Positions 1 through 13,498 of a stretch of DNA of 64,000 nt are shown one piece after another (position 1 is the first letter of the stretch; the number at the start of each line of letters is the position of its first letter). A program made the position numbers and the translations under genes. The stretch comes from Mizuhopecten yessoensis (Eukaryota), in assembly GCF_002113885.1 (NCBI RefSeq), contig NW_018407853.1, positions 534,955 to 598,954 of the forward strand, in the 5' to 3' direction. Under the pieces are notes generated by a model that was not told where the DNA came from, did not search any database, and saw only the letters and a program-made list of their open reading frames with translations.

Positions 1-15
1 TACCCAAAAACCTAC

Positions 16-3000
16 TTTTCATTTTATTAAGAGTTCCAAGAGCTATTTTGAAGCTGGCTAACTCTAAAAATCATCTTATTTTCTATGCATTTTTTATGAA
101 GAGTATGGTTATCAATTAAATACTTTAAAGAATTATTTCTCCTGGATTTTAAATAATATATATACCATAGCACTACCATTTTGGATGGAAGGTTTTACAT
201 GTGATATGCCATTGTAATTCACTTTCTCTGATTAAACTAAATAAACAGTTTCTAAGACTAACACTGGCTTTTAATTAGAGTTCCTTATGTAAATGAATGA
301 AGGACACAGATCACAGCTGTTTTATAGATAGTAGTGCTACACAAAATTGGGAAACTGCCTTATAAAGTCACCTACTTCTGGACTTTCCTGCAAAAACAAC
401 AGTTTCTCTAACATGAGACTTTGATTCAAATGCAATTAGAATTTCAATTTAAAACAGAAGATTATCATGTAATAATTTTTTTAAATGGCACTTGATGTTT
501 TACAGGTAAGAGTGTAAGGTAACCGGTGACAGTACCCAAATCGGATCACCAAACCATCATTTTATTTATTCTTTAATAATTCTGAGGATGAATTTTATTC
601 ATTTATAGTTTTAAACATATTTGACCCCTGTGACCTTGAATACATGTCAAGGTCATTCATTTGAACAAACTTAGTAGCCCTTCGTCCCAGCATGTTACTG
701 GCCAAATAGCATTATCCTAGGTCTCTTGGTTATTCAGAAGATTTTATTTTAAAGGTTTTAAACATATTTGACCCCTGTGACCTTGAATATAAGTTAAGGT
801 CATTCATTTGAACAAAGTCGGTAACAATTCATCCTAGCATGCTACTGGCCAAATATCATCACCCTGGGCATTTTGGTTATTCAGAAGAAATTGTATATTT
901 TTTTTAACATATTTGACCCCTGTGACCTTGAAAATAGGCGAAGGTCATTTATTTGAACAAATTTGGTAGCCCTTCATTCCAGTTTGCTTCTGGCCAAATA
1001 GCATCACACTAGGTCTCTTGGTTATATTGATGCCGGACGCCGCACCAGGGCATAAGCTCACTTGGTCCTTCGGGCCAGGTGAGCTAAAATGGTCCATGTC
1101 TATCTATTCTAAGGCTACATGATTGTTTTAACTGATCAGTTGACACATTTATTGATTTAAAAGTATTTTTGCAAAAAGTGATCCAATTTGGGTCCTGCCT
1201 CCTTACATTGTCATCACTGAAGGGATAGATTAAAACTATGGCACACAAACTCTTGGACATGTTTGGTATTGTTAAGTTTTGAGAATTTTTTGTTCTCTGA
1301 CTTCTCAAAAGACATCTATCTGTCAAAATTCTTGTGTTGGGGGGGGGGGGGGGGGGGAAGGAAACACAGGCTAATTACATATGATCTTACCAGACACATA
1401 GTTATAGATATAATTTCTTAAAATCTATTGAATATTCAACAAATCAAATATCTGTATGCATTTTTTAGTAAATAAATTTAGATCCCTTTCAGTAAATCAA
1501 TTTTCTATGTTTAATATTACCCAACTTCCAGGCAGTTTATTTTCAATTGTAGATTCAATATTTTTAGCCATTTCATTGCAATACTTCACCCTAACCATGA
1601 TCCTGGTACATGTACATGCAGTAAGAATACCTTCTATAATATTCAGTGGTAGTTGATACTTTCTTACCGGTTTTTCAGATGAGTCATTGTCCTGATAATC
1701 TGAAAGATCATAAGGTATTGCTATATAGTGTACACAACAAACTCGGCACTCATAATAGAATTGTTCTGGATTCTATTTATTACAACAAGAAAAACAATTA
1801 TATTTATCATCCTCTTGACCAAGTTATTATAGCATTGATTTCATGCAGCATCATGTTTTTAATTTTATTTGAAAAAAAATATCAGTTTACACAGTATTCA
1901 TTAAAAGTAATATTTTTGAGATTGTAAGGTATTTGGTGTTGCTTGACAAAAATGCCTACTGACTATTTTGCATTTGTAGTTTAATTGCTAACTACAATCC
2001 ATTACAAACATCTTGTTGATATATTTTATTATAAGTATGTCAATAGCTGAATGTGACGTAAAACTGCTTTAATAACTAACTGATTTCCATTACAAACGTT
2101 TTGTTGATATATTTTATTATAAGTATGTCAATAGTTGAATGTGACGTAAAACTGCTTTAATAACTTACTGATTTCCATTACAAACGTTTTGATGATATAT
2201 TTTATTATAATTATGTCACTAGTTAAATTTGAGGCGTAAAACTGCTTTAATAACTAACTGATTTCCATTACAAACGTTTTGTTGATATATTTTTTTAATA
2301 AGTATGTCAATAGTTGAATGTGACGTAAAACTGCTTTAAAAACTTACTGATTTCCATTACAAACGTTTTGTTGATATATTTTATTATAAGTATATCAATA
2401 GTTGAATGTGACGTAAAACTGCTTTAATAACTGACTGATTTCCATTACAAACGTTTTGATGATACTTACTGTAGTTGTGTTTCACGCGTAGGTTTTGCAT
2501 TCTTTGCATACTTCCCCACACTTCTATTGTCCTAAAACATAAAACTTCACACTTTCAGAGAAAGATATCAACTGTTCCAGAGATGAAATGTGAGCATGCA
2601 GAACACTGTCAGATATTTTAAAATATTTAAAATGGCCACTTGACGATGAAGAAATTTGGTTTCTGTTCAACTGAGCAGCTACTTGACATCAGCCTTACAG
2701 CTTTAAGATTACCCTGTTTCACCCACGTTTAATTGAGAGCACCTATTTCAGTAGACCCTCAAACTTATGTTTATAAAATGAAGTTTGACCTTTTGGTTTG
2801 AAAGGACATGTTAATTTGATATATTTTCTGACCCTCCGAAATTCTGAGAAAATTTTATTTGACTTCTGAAACTACTTATGTCAAGAGTCAAGTGAAAATC
2901 CTGTCAGTTGGTATCAACATAAATAGTTGCATTTAATGGTGAAGAAATATCACATTTGCACTGTTATGACAGGGAACAAATACTCACTTTTGTCGTAAAT

Positions 3001-6000
3001 CAGATACCGAGTACATAGTGACATATTTCTTGTCTGTGTTGCGGTATGCATTCCTTTTCTTTACTGATCTAAGACTTTTCAGTTGTCTGAAATCAAAATG
3101 AGAAATATTTCTTCTAGATCAACAATTAAAGATAAAAACCTAATACTATATTTTTACTACTTGCCATTGCCATATTTATGATTTTCTCTTGAACCACTTA
3201 CTTCATTCTTTAAGTAAATGGTTCAAGCTGAAAACACTCATAGAAAATTCATTCAAACCATTGTTAGGACCTGGTCTTCCTATTTTCCAATGGCAGATGC
3301 ACATTTTTATCTTTGGTCTTAAAAGGGTAACCACCCAGGTAAACACACTTCATGTACATGTTTGAATCAATACATGTAATATTTATTTATTTAAGTTTCA
3401 CAATGTAATAACCAGAAGAGGCTATTTATCTCATATCTTTGACCTACAAAGTGTGTTGATTTCAATTTTTTACACGGTAAACGGAGACACAGTAGTCTAG
3501 TGGTAGGACGCTTGGCTTGTGACCGAAGGGTTGCAGGTTCGAGTCACGTCACAGCACTGTGTTGTATCTTTGAGCAAGATACTTTACTCCGCTTGTTCCA
3601 GTCTACTTAGCAGTAAATAAGTATGTGATTGGGCAGTGCTAGAATTTTAGAATGCTAGCTGTGAGCGCCGAAATGCTAGCACCGTCTATATGCTCCCCAG
3701 GGAGTTGAGAAAGATATTAACTCGTTACAAAGGCCCTATAACCACGGATAATAATTTGTGAACCACTTTGAGACAACCTACAAACCAGGTTGTGATAAAG
3801 CGAATTATTATTATTATTATTATTACCAAAAGTTTAATTGAAAAAACGTTATTGGTCTGTGTTGGACGATTATATTGCTTTACACCTTCTGATTCTGTTA
3901 AAAATATTTTAACCTGGAAGGACATCCAAGGTAATTATCAAGAGAGCTGCCGGGGGCAGCATATCCCCTACCTCCCCCAAAAAAAACATGTCCAAGGTTT
4001 GCTATTGACCCATCATAGATTTGTGTTCAAGAAGGGAAGAAAACTGTGCATAAATCTGTTTTATGTGGACATAGTACCCATTCTCTGCATATGAAGCAAA
4101 TTTTGTACATCCATTTGCAAATTACCCAAAAACATCAGTGGAATATACAAAGTTATCATTCAGAGAAGTGAAATTTTATTTTGGCACTGTGGCCTTGATT
4201 TCTGATTGCCTACCCCATTAAATCAATAGGCTTATTTGCAATCACTAGGGCATGAAATAATACAAGTTTGAACTTTTTGTGGAAATTCCATTTAAGGTGG
4301 CTCCACACTTTCGCACTAACCAGCAAAATTCATTGAAACTTTCATATAATGGTTATGCAACTATGTAGAGTTGATTTTATGAAAATCTAAACATTCCGAT
4401 AGTTTGGGGACTTTTTGGGAAAAAATACCCAAAAATTGAATTTTCGTCAATATTTATGTTTTACGTTTTTGGGGGTGTGTGGCATTGTTCGGAACAATAA
4501 CAACAATAATAAAATGAAAAGAAGCATTTCCAATTAACCTTACAAATATTTTATTTATCGCAAAATATGAAACACATGTTACACAAAGTGCTTTTTATTG
4601 AATTTGTACGGATAAAAGTGAGTATCTACAAGCTAAAAACAAACAGGACACAAAGATCTATACATATAGAATGGAAAATTGAACAAAATATACACAATGG
4701 CTTTATAATTAATTTATTTTACATTTTACAATCACTTTGATCCAGGTGAGAGTTATCTTCCTTGACAAAAATCGGAACTTTTTGCAGAGGGATGACATTT
4801 ATACAATGACAGTTGTCTCATTTTACATATAACAAAAATGATGGAAATAAATCAAAAATATGATATCAAAATTATCAATTGATTGTTCTTTATTGGAACC
4901 AAATTACCCTCAGTCATGTACACTTTGGACATCATTCCACAGTCCGCTAACTCACAGTATATTCATAATTACATGTCAGGTACATATGTGACCAGAGGCT
5001 ATCGCATGGGATACCGTTCTGGCGTGCACTCACACATGCATTTCATAGGTATCTTGATATTTTACAAAACATCATTTTCACAGAGTAAGTAGACTACATT
5101 TGTAAACACGATTTAATCGACAGAGCGAAACTCCCTCAACAGCGAAAATCGTAATGACCTCGAGCTTATGAACTTGTGTAAGCACGTGATATGCACATGT
5201 GAGGTTGGTACGTCCGCATTCCATGTGTTTCCTATATGCCCTTCTTGAGGTCGTCTGGTCTCATGTCACTGTCTTCCCATGAGCCTGTTCATGTCTGTGA
5301 ATTGGAAAGCTTTATTCCTGAAGTACGTGTGATTATACATTTCCCGGTAAAATCTCGATATCGGGTGTTGACATATCATCGGCACGCACGTGTGCTATCG
5401 TTTACCAGGGACCTGTTCGTTTATGCGAAACAACCGGTTTGACCGTTTATAAATGTAACAATTTCGGGTATAAATCCTGGCGGACATGCAAATGCGTATG
5501 CACGCCTTGCAAGGCTTTCTCAAGGCTCACCTGAAAGCAGCATCAGATTACTAGGTCCGACCTTATTTAATAAACGAACAACAGTGGCCCGATCGGTTTG
5601 ACTGTTTAAACGAAAACGGCCCAGGTGTTACTATAATTTGCACTACGATATTGAATGCCCGATACGCAATACGGAAATGACAACACGGTGTACATGCACA
5701 TTTCGCTCAGGATAATTGAGTCCGAGCTGTACTTTTTCCGGAAGTATGTCACGAAAATGGACGCTGATGACAATGTGTGGAGCCACCTTAACTTACTATT
5801 GGGACAAACACAACAAAACACAATTTTATTTTTAGCAAAAGCACTAGTCTACTAGTGACTTTGACCTCTGGCAGACCACACTCATAATCGTTGGGGCACT
5901 TTCATCAACTAGGGCAATCTACACACCAAGTTTGATAATTTATTTTGTATGATTTGATCAGTTATCATCATCTTGACAAGCAGAATTCTATTTTGAGTAA

Positions 6001-9000
6001 CGCTTATTATGACATCTGTGCTCTTGCATCCACATTCCCATGCCAAATTTGAAGTTTGTATGATTATTAGTTCTCAAGTTATCATGTGCATAGACGAACA
6101 CCTCATGTGACGACTATTTCTCCCATCCTTCACAGGCGTGTCTCCCGTTTTGGCTGGGAAAGATCAGCTTATCACCCCTTAGGGGGAGATAGCCTCGTGC
6201 CGATTAGCACATGTTCAATAGTGACGTCATAAAATGTGTCATCAGTAATTGTGGCGTCATCAAAAGTGTGTGACGATATGCATGACCCACATGTGGTTTT
6301 GTTTACAAACATGGCAGACTACTGTCTGTAGAGCTGTGACTGAAATAATAGGATGGGAGAAAAATAATCATCCCCTACCTTGAAGGTGTAACAGAGAAAT
6401 TTCCAACCCTCGGGGTGATTTGTTTGGTTGTCTAACCCTCGGCAGTGCCTCAGGTTAGACACAGTGCCTCGGGTTAGACAACCAAAAAACATCACCCCTC
6501 GGGTTGGAGATTTCTCTGTCACACCCTCAAGGTAGGGGAAGATTCTATTAATCCCCCCTCCCCAAAATTATTAAACCATGTTTCTGGCAAAAGATCATGA
6601 ACTTAGGCCTTTTGACCTATACAGAAGATTTTTTTTATGTTTTGACAGATTTTACCCCTGTGACCTTGAAAGTGGGTCAATGTCATTCATATGAATTGAA
6701 TAAGTGTGGTCTGTTGTCTCAAATTTACCTTGGTAAGAGCAAATATTCTGCCAGAGCTCGTGCTTCTTCTATCAGCTTCTCATCTTCTTTAAACAGCTTC
6801 TTAGCTACAAAACAAACAACAGTCTTTTTATTTGTTTTCAATTAAGGATGACTTCCCATCAATTTTCATAATTTCAAACACATTGACAATGCATGAATTT
6901 TTGAAGCAAAGGATGGGTCTGAAGTTCAATCTAACTGTTCATGTTGCAGCATCTTGCCTTAATTGAAATGTAATCTAATGTCCTGCATAAATGAAAAGAA
7001 AGGTGATACTCATCATAGTGGTTGGACTAAAACCAGCTATCAGTGATGAATTCAATTTATACCAATTTAGCACTTATCTTTTCACAGGTGGTATTTATGA
7101 AAAGTCCTGTGCAGTAAATGTAGAAATTCTCTGTTTTAATTTGCACTGTGAATGAACTATTATTACCGAACTGTAAATTGAGTAGAAGTACAGTAGTAGA
7201 AACATTATAGTGTACCTTTTCGTTTAGGTTTGAAAGGCCAGGAGAACTTTGGATCATCCATGTCAACCTCCTTTCCTTTGGTATGGATTATTGTCAGTGT
7301 TTTATCTTCCATGCACTTTTTCAGTTGATGATGTAATGGTATACCCGCTTGGTAATCAAATGAAATAACCAATTTTCCATCTGTAAGAAAGATCAAAGTT
7401 AATATCCAAAGTTTTGAACGGCTACATAAACAAGAGATCCCAGGGGATCTTGGCACCCACCATTGTACCATCTTCATTAGTTCTTTGTCAGTTCGATCTT
7501 TACTCTTCTTTTCTCTAATCTGTTTGATAGGGTCATGTTAACAGTAAATTCACCTCGAGGTAACTTTTGATCTAAACTCAATACTGATGTGTATGAAAGC
7601 CAACCTTCAAAGTGAGTTTGTCATTTCACATAATTACTAGTACAGTACTTAATGTGAAAGAAATAGATTTGATCATTGCAATATGAGAATTATCTGTTTA
7701 GTTCTTTCTTTAGCCATTTTGTTTTTATGATCAGTCTCAAAATATAACATGCACAACGAGGGATCAGGGGGAACCTACATATCAAATTTGAGAAAGATCC
7801 CTCAAGTTATTCCTGAGAAATAGTACAAACAAACTTTCAATGTCAAAACTTGAAGATGGCTGTCGGTAGGCCATTTTGTTTAACTGATCAGTTTCAAAAG
7901 TAAACATGAACAATAAAGGATGGTAGGGAACCTGCATTGGCTGGCCAAATTTTTTTTTTAGGCGGGTAAAAAATTTGAAGCACTGTCCCAAATGACATAT
8001 TGGTGGCCCAAATAATTTTGGGAAGAAATACTTCCACAGCATTTAACACAATGCTTAGCACATTACAGGACAATGTTTGTAATATGTAAAACAGAATAAA
8101 ACATTATATTTTTAATTCTTCAACCCTAGTTAAAACCTGACATGATCCGCTCCATACATGTCTTTAGTATATTTCCCAAAGAAATACACAAAACTTGCAC
8201 CTCAAAGAAGACTCCCTGGCCGTATTAATATAGAAAATCTGAGGGGAACCTTCATATAAAATTTAAGATCCCTCTGGTACTTCCGGAGAAATAACGGTAA
8301 CAAATCTTCACTAACAAAATCAAAGATGGCTGCTTGTCGGCCATGTTGTTTATCCGATCAGTCTCAAAAGTTGCCCTGCACAGCTATGGACCAAGGGCAA
8401 CCTACATATTAAATTTGAGAAAGATCCCTCTGGTACTTCTTGAGAAATATCGATAACAAGAATTGTTTACGGATGGACCACGGACGCAGGGTGATTTGAA
8501 AAGCCCACCATCAGATGAAGGTGGGCTAAAAAGTGATGAGACAAATGTCATATTGAAGTTATAATTTACAAAATTGAATTGATTTTCCAGGGGCAGAGCA
8601 GGGCCCAATCTGGCTTCTTTTTGTGATCAGCAATTGCATATAAATATAAGCTTAAGGTAGATTAGAAAGAGTCACATCCAATTCATTGTTATCACATGGG
8701 ACCCAAGTCCCTTGGGATGGAGATGGACTAATGGAAATCCAATCAAGGGTGTTAAGTTATATCATGACCGAATTTCCCTATTGGGCCTTGTTCTCACTAA
8801 CAGCTGGCACCCAAGGTTATTTCACCAGGTAGTTGGCTGTTTGTTGCCAGCTACTTAAGTACTACTTTACATATTTTATGAGTGTCATCATCTTCAAATT
8901 CTTTGATATTAAAAGTGCTTGAAGCTATTTAAACAAGAGTACTGTGGGACTGAACAACTTTCTCATATTGAAATAAGATCTGCATCATTCTAAGAGTGGT

Positions 9001-11951
9001 TAGCTGACATGCTATAAAAAATGTAGGAGAAAATCTACAGACAAAAAATAAAATACTGAAATGAACAAAGGGCAATAACTTTTGAAAAATCGTTGAATCA
9101 ATCTTCTTTCAAGGAAGACACAACTTCATATCATGATTATAATGTATATTAAGTTTCAAAGAGATCCGTTGGAAAATGAAGAAGAAGATTGCCGGACAAA
9201 AATCAAATACTGAAATAAACAAAGGGCAACAACTTTTGGAAAAATTATCGAATCAAAATTCTTTTCAAGGAAACACAACAACATATCATGAGTTTTTAGC
9301 CTATTAAGTTTCAAAGAAATCCGTCAAAAAATGTAGGAGATCTCCGGACAAAAAAATAAAATACTGAAATGAACAAAGGGCAATAACTTTTGAAAAATCG
9401 TTGAATCAATCTTCTTTCAAGGAAGACACAACTTCATATCATGATTATAATGTATATTAAGTTTCAAAGAGATCTGTTGGAAAATGAAGGAGGAGATTGC
9501 CGGACAAAAATCAAATACTGAAATAAACAAAGGGCAATAACTTTTGGAAAAATTATCGAATCAAAATTCTTTTCAAGGAAACACAACAACATATCATGAG
9601 TTTTTAGCCTATTAAGTTTCAAAGAAATCCGTCAAAAAATGTAGGAGATCTCTTGACAAAAAAATCAAATACTGAGATGAACAAAGGGCAATAACTTTTG
9701 AAAAGTTGTCGAATCTAAATTCTATTAAGGGAGACACAACTTCATATCATGATTATAATGTATAAGTTTACGCCGGGGCCGGCCAGCGGACGCCATACCA
9801 TAATATTCCATCAAATTTGACGGGCGCATAAAAATGACCTCCTATTCCAAAGAATTGGTTTTAATGTATAATATACATTTGTATATGGTTTTAGAATCAA
9901 TTTATCTACATATACTACATGTACACCACACCTTCTCAGTGGTAACCTTACCATCATCATTTGTAGAAGATAATGATTCCTTATCTAAGTTTGTTGTTGT
10001 GTCTATATCATTTACTTCTGTAGTTGATGTGCCTGTTTTTCTGTACTCCTGTTTTGATTCATTCACGCCATTTTTCGAGGTACCATCTGTTTGCGATCGA
10101 ACAGAAGGAATGCTTATAACTCCTCTGTGTCCCTTCTTCAACGTCTGCGGACACCGGGTGGGTAAACCGAGATAGCGCCTAATCAGACAACCTTGTGAAT
10201 AAATCAACAAAAAGACATGACACTAAGCAAATAGCAAGCATAAGGCAGAAACAGGATTTGTATGCACAGTTACTTAGTCAAAGGAACATCACACTAGCCA
10301 AGCTTTTGAAAGTATTACCAACACATCATTTGACAAGAGATCCCAGATCAGGGATCTTGGTGCCCACCATTGTACCGTCTTCATTAGTTCTATGTCCGTT
10401 TGATCTTTTCTCTTTTTTTCTCTTATCTGTTTGATCAAGTAATGTCAGCAGTAAATGCACCGTTTCACATATTTACTAGTACAGTTCTTTAAATGTAAGA
10501 GAAATAGATCTGATCATTACAATGGCAATGCCCATATGAGGGGGTTGTGCCAAACCTGTTTGAGGTTCAACAAGCCCCCTTAAAGATAGGTATTGTCACC
10601 TAAAAATCCCAAACCCCGATAAATCTACATATTGCATCACTACATATATATATGTGAGAGAACTTATCTGATTGGGTGATGGGTGAGTGTGTGTGCATGC
10701 TAAGCACCTGTTATTCCCTACACAAACTTTCCTCATAGAATTTGAATACCACCCTCCTAAATGAAGGTATCACCTACGAAACGCTATTCCATCACTGATC
10801 ATTGTTCCATTTCCTGGTAAGTTACTGTGAGTGCATAAATATGTCTACTTTTTTTCATTTCATATATAATTCATACTATTGAATTGGTCATTGTGGGCGA
10901 GTTATGTATTGTTTATAAGTGTTCATGCATGCACATATCATGTATTTGTAGGTCTTTTGTAAATAATTAAACCATTCAAAAGAACCAATCGCTCACGTTT
11001 ATTTGTTGCCTGGGTTACTTTGGCCAAAAAAAAAAAAAAAGTCTGTTTAGGGTTCCCGACTAACTCTAGGCCTAGCTTTTTACCCCCGACCCAAAACTTA
11101 CAACAGCAAAAAACAAACTTTAAAAAAAAAAAACCACTGATTTTATAATTTTAGAAGGTTCCTTGCTTTTCAAAATGGCTTCCAGCTCCGTATTGGTGCT
11201 AAATGTCATCATATGGAGAACAATTTGCCTCCAAATGAACTCCACTGATGTAATTCTTTGTTTTACATACAATAGTAGGGTCATAATCACATGACCACAC
11301 GGTACATAAAATATGAAAAATAAATCTGACCAGCTACCTACCCTTGTTTTTTTTTGTCCATAAACAGACTATATTTTTTTTGGTCTTATTATAAGCCACT
11401 TTTAATTTATTATGTTTGTAACATGTTTAGCGCATTTATTATATCAAAGATATTATATATTTATTTATCTATACAAAATGACATGCATCTCAAGTTCATT
11501 TATTAATCTGGGTTTCTTAATTGGCCTTCATTTTTTATGATTTCAGTGGTTTCGAATGGCAGTATCTTAAACCGGTTGGTCAGCATATTTTTTTGGTATC
11601 TCCACAGCTAGTAAAAGAGAAAATAAGCTCTGCATGACCTAGCTAGATATACAATGTAGGTATATAATGAATTTTAGACAATATATGTCATTTTGTATCA
11701 TTCAGTTTGGTCGCAAACGAGAATTGACATCATATAAGTCTGGTGAACATTTTTAGCAATAAATCAGTCTTTTACTGCTCTGTTCAAGGGGGCTTGTTGA
11801 GTCTAAAGACTTAACTGCTCTTTAAAGGGACTTGTTGAGTACTAGTCTTACAGTACAAGTATGTTTGATTACCTTCGTAATTCCGAGACGATATCCTCAG
11901 CAGTGGAACATCACTAATGCCTTTGGAAAAGGCCAACCGCAGTGCCAACAT
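16..11951 (-). CDS. SLC30A9: SLC30A9/ZnT9-like mitochondrial zinc transporter, N-terminal part (gene continues past left edge)
   Basis: Phase-consistent GT-AG exons 11873-11951 (ATG; MLALRLAFSKGISDVPLLRISSRNYEG), 9952-10191, 7216-7380, 6729-6804, 2988-3086, 2470-2531, 1668-1699, and tentatively 372-387 and 16-63. Spliced peptide ...EARALAEYLLLPRQLKSLRSVKKRNAYRNTDKKYVTMYSVSDLRQKTIEVWGS... matches the recalled ZnT9 N-terminal domain (human RAINEFCLKSSDLEQLRKIRRRSPH...VYLRSDVEAKSLEVWGS). No cation-efflux TM domain is in the window. The last two exons are weakly supported. Confidence 0.75.
607..1089 (-). mobile_element. HINE/Helentron-type non-autonomous element end with about 3 x 146-bp internal repeats
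   Basis: atttgacccctgtgaccttgaa at about 619/766/911. Terminal palindrome agctcacttgg...ccaggtgagctaaaa. Same family as 48612-52959, in opposite orientation. Confidence 0.7.
1999..2469. repeat. About 88-bp tandem repeat (5+ copies) abutting an SLC30A9 splice donor
   Basis: ccattacaaac recurs at about 1999, 2087, 2175, 2265, 2354, 2442. Confidence 0.9.
3483..3823 (+). mobile_element. tRNA-derived SINE
   Basis: Pol III A-box-like tagtctagtgg, B box ggttcgagtc at 3535, then a body and an (ATT)n tail at 3804-3823. Confidence 0.75.
6371..6539. repeat. Long inverted repeat / palindromic MITE-like end
   Basis: tcccctaccttgaaggtgtaacagagaaatttccaaccctcggggtgat... pairs with ...atcacccctcgggttggagatttctctgtcacaccctcaaggtagggga. 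Related hairpins occur at 27850-28490. Confidence 0.75.
7428..8532 (-). mobile_element. HINE-like element (family with aacaagagatcccag...gatcttggcacccacc end)
   Basis: Hairpin end at 7428 and cccaccatcagatgaaggtgggctaaaa at 8505-8532. Further copies or fragments at about 10333-10520, 41447-41795 and 53505-53537. Confidence 0.6.
8931..9834 (-). mobile_element. HINE-like element with about 153-bp internal satellite in an A/B dimer arrangement
   Basis: aaatactga.at.aacaaagggcaa.aac at about 9052, 9206, 9359, 9514, 9667 with alternating variants. Ends are aaacaag and gacgggcgcataaaa. Confidence 0.65.
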
Positions 11952-13498
11952 TTTCTCAGCTCACTTCAAATATATACATATAACAAACTGTTATGTTCAC
12001 GGTGCGTTGTTAAAAGTCCCACAGAGCTGCTGTGTTCTATAAGGAACCCCAACTCTTGACAAGAAGAAGAAGAAGAAGAAAACACTACTGTATCAAGAAT
12101 ATAATTTTAACTATAGTAAAATGCAACTTTATCGTTTTTTTCTGTTACAAAAAAAAAAGATATTTTTTTCTGAGTCGTCTCAGTCATTGAAATAATAAGA
12201 TTTATGTATCTGAATAATTTATAACTATTACAGTAATCCTTTAAGATACAGCTGTAGCCTAACTTACAGGTACTCACTCTGTGCAGGGCGGTGTGTGCCA
12301 GAACTTCAATGCTCAGTGCGTTTTCAAACTTGTGTCTTTCGTCGCTTAACTTTTTAAGTCTAACTAAGTAGAGCTTAATTGCAGTGAGGTACTTCACATG
12401 GTTTTTTTTACAAACCACACATCATGTAGGCCTAGGTCAGATAAGTTTCTAACTAGGCAGCACGTCTTGGCTGCATATCACAAAATCAACAACTTCCGGC
12501 CGTGACAAGGACAGATAACTCTCACATATGTACATAGATTTGATGACAGTGTAAGCAATCTTTATTTGACCATAAGTTAATTAGTAGAATTCTTTGTGGA
12601 TTGGGAGTGCAATGACTGCTCAATGTCTTGAATCGTGACAGCTTTGACAGTTCCATAATCACTATAAAAAAGGACCATACTTTTTGGAGTTTCTGGCCCT
12701 TATATATTTGGACATGACGCAGCCAACTCCAATTAAATCAGGGATGTGTATAGTGAACTGTATACACATCCCTGATTAAATATCTTGAATTATTATTAAT
12801 AGATGAATGTCAAATTTTCAAGAATGTGAATTACCATCAAATGATCAATTTATAACTTAATATAACCATCAATTATCATTATTCAATCATTATCAAATGA
12901 TCAATTTATAGCTTAATAATCTGATAATTGACCATCAATTATAACGAAATCTCCATTATACAAATTTAATTGATAGGTTATTTTTCTTGGTGTTATTTAA
13001 AAGTTCATGCGATATGCTACACACATCCGCTTGTTCATCTATATGTACTCGTAATTGAAAAGATTTCTCCTTTGACATCAGTAATTGCGGTCACCTCAAA
13101 ATAATTCTGTGGTGGAACTGGACTTGGTCATTTATGATTTACAGACTGAGGTTTACGTAGCTCAGTTGGTTTGAGTGTCCATCTAGAGTTCATACTGGAT
13201 TTAAATCCTTTTTTGATCGTGCAATAATAAATATTGCCAGCATAAAATTAAGGCATTGAAAAAATTGATTATTTTTGTGGTAATTCTATTTTAGGGACAC
13301 TTGTACCATCTTCAAAATGCAGTACATGTAATTTATGACTAAGTGCTGAAGTACGAGTATGTTGATATAGACCTGTACATTTATAGTTGCCTATATTTAT
13401 TTTGACGTTTGTTGCCATAGGAACTGATCATGACTGCAGAATTAAAATGTTGATCTTGTAATTTGTGACTTTCAGTTCAACCTTTCCAACAAGTGACC
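11952..13498. promoter_or_regulatory. Putative bidirectional promoter / 5'UTR region shared by SLC30A9-like and HDAC-like genes
   Basis: Divergent ATGs 1.5 kb apart. ETS-type ACTTCCGG at about 12492. Candidate plus-strand 5'UTR donor gtaagc at 12551 and acceptor tttcag ending at 13475. Confidence 0.5.

Noticed and set aside
3483-3560. tRNA gene
   Set aside because: A/B boxes are present, but the acceptor stem is not intact and it continues into a SINE body with an (ATT)n tail.
4293-5850. Possible TTAA-flanked (Kolobok-like) transposon with a CpG-richer interior
   Set aside because: The left end ttaaggtggctcc is suggestive, but no matching right TIR or coding remnant could be identified by eye.
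7205-7215. Stop codon ending the minus-strand gene after ...KRKGTL
   Set aside because: A donor at 7215 splices in phase to further exons that carry the ZnT9-like motifs.
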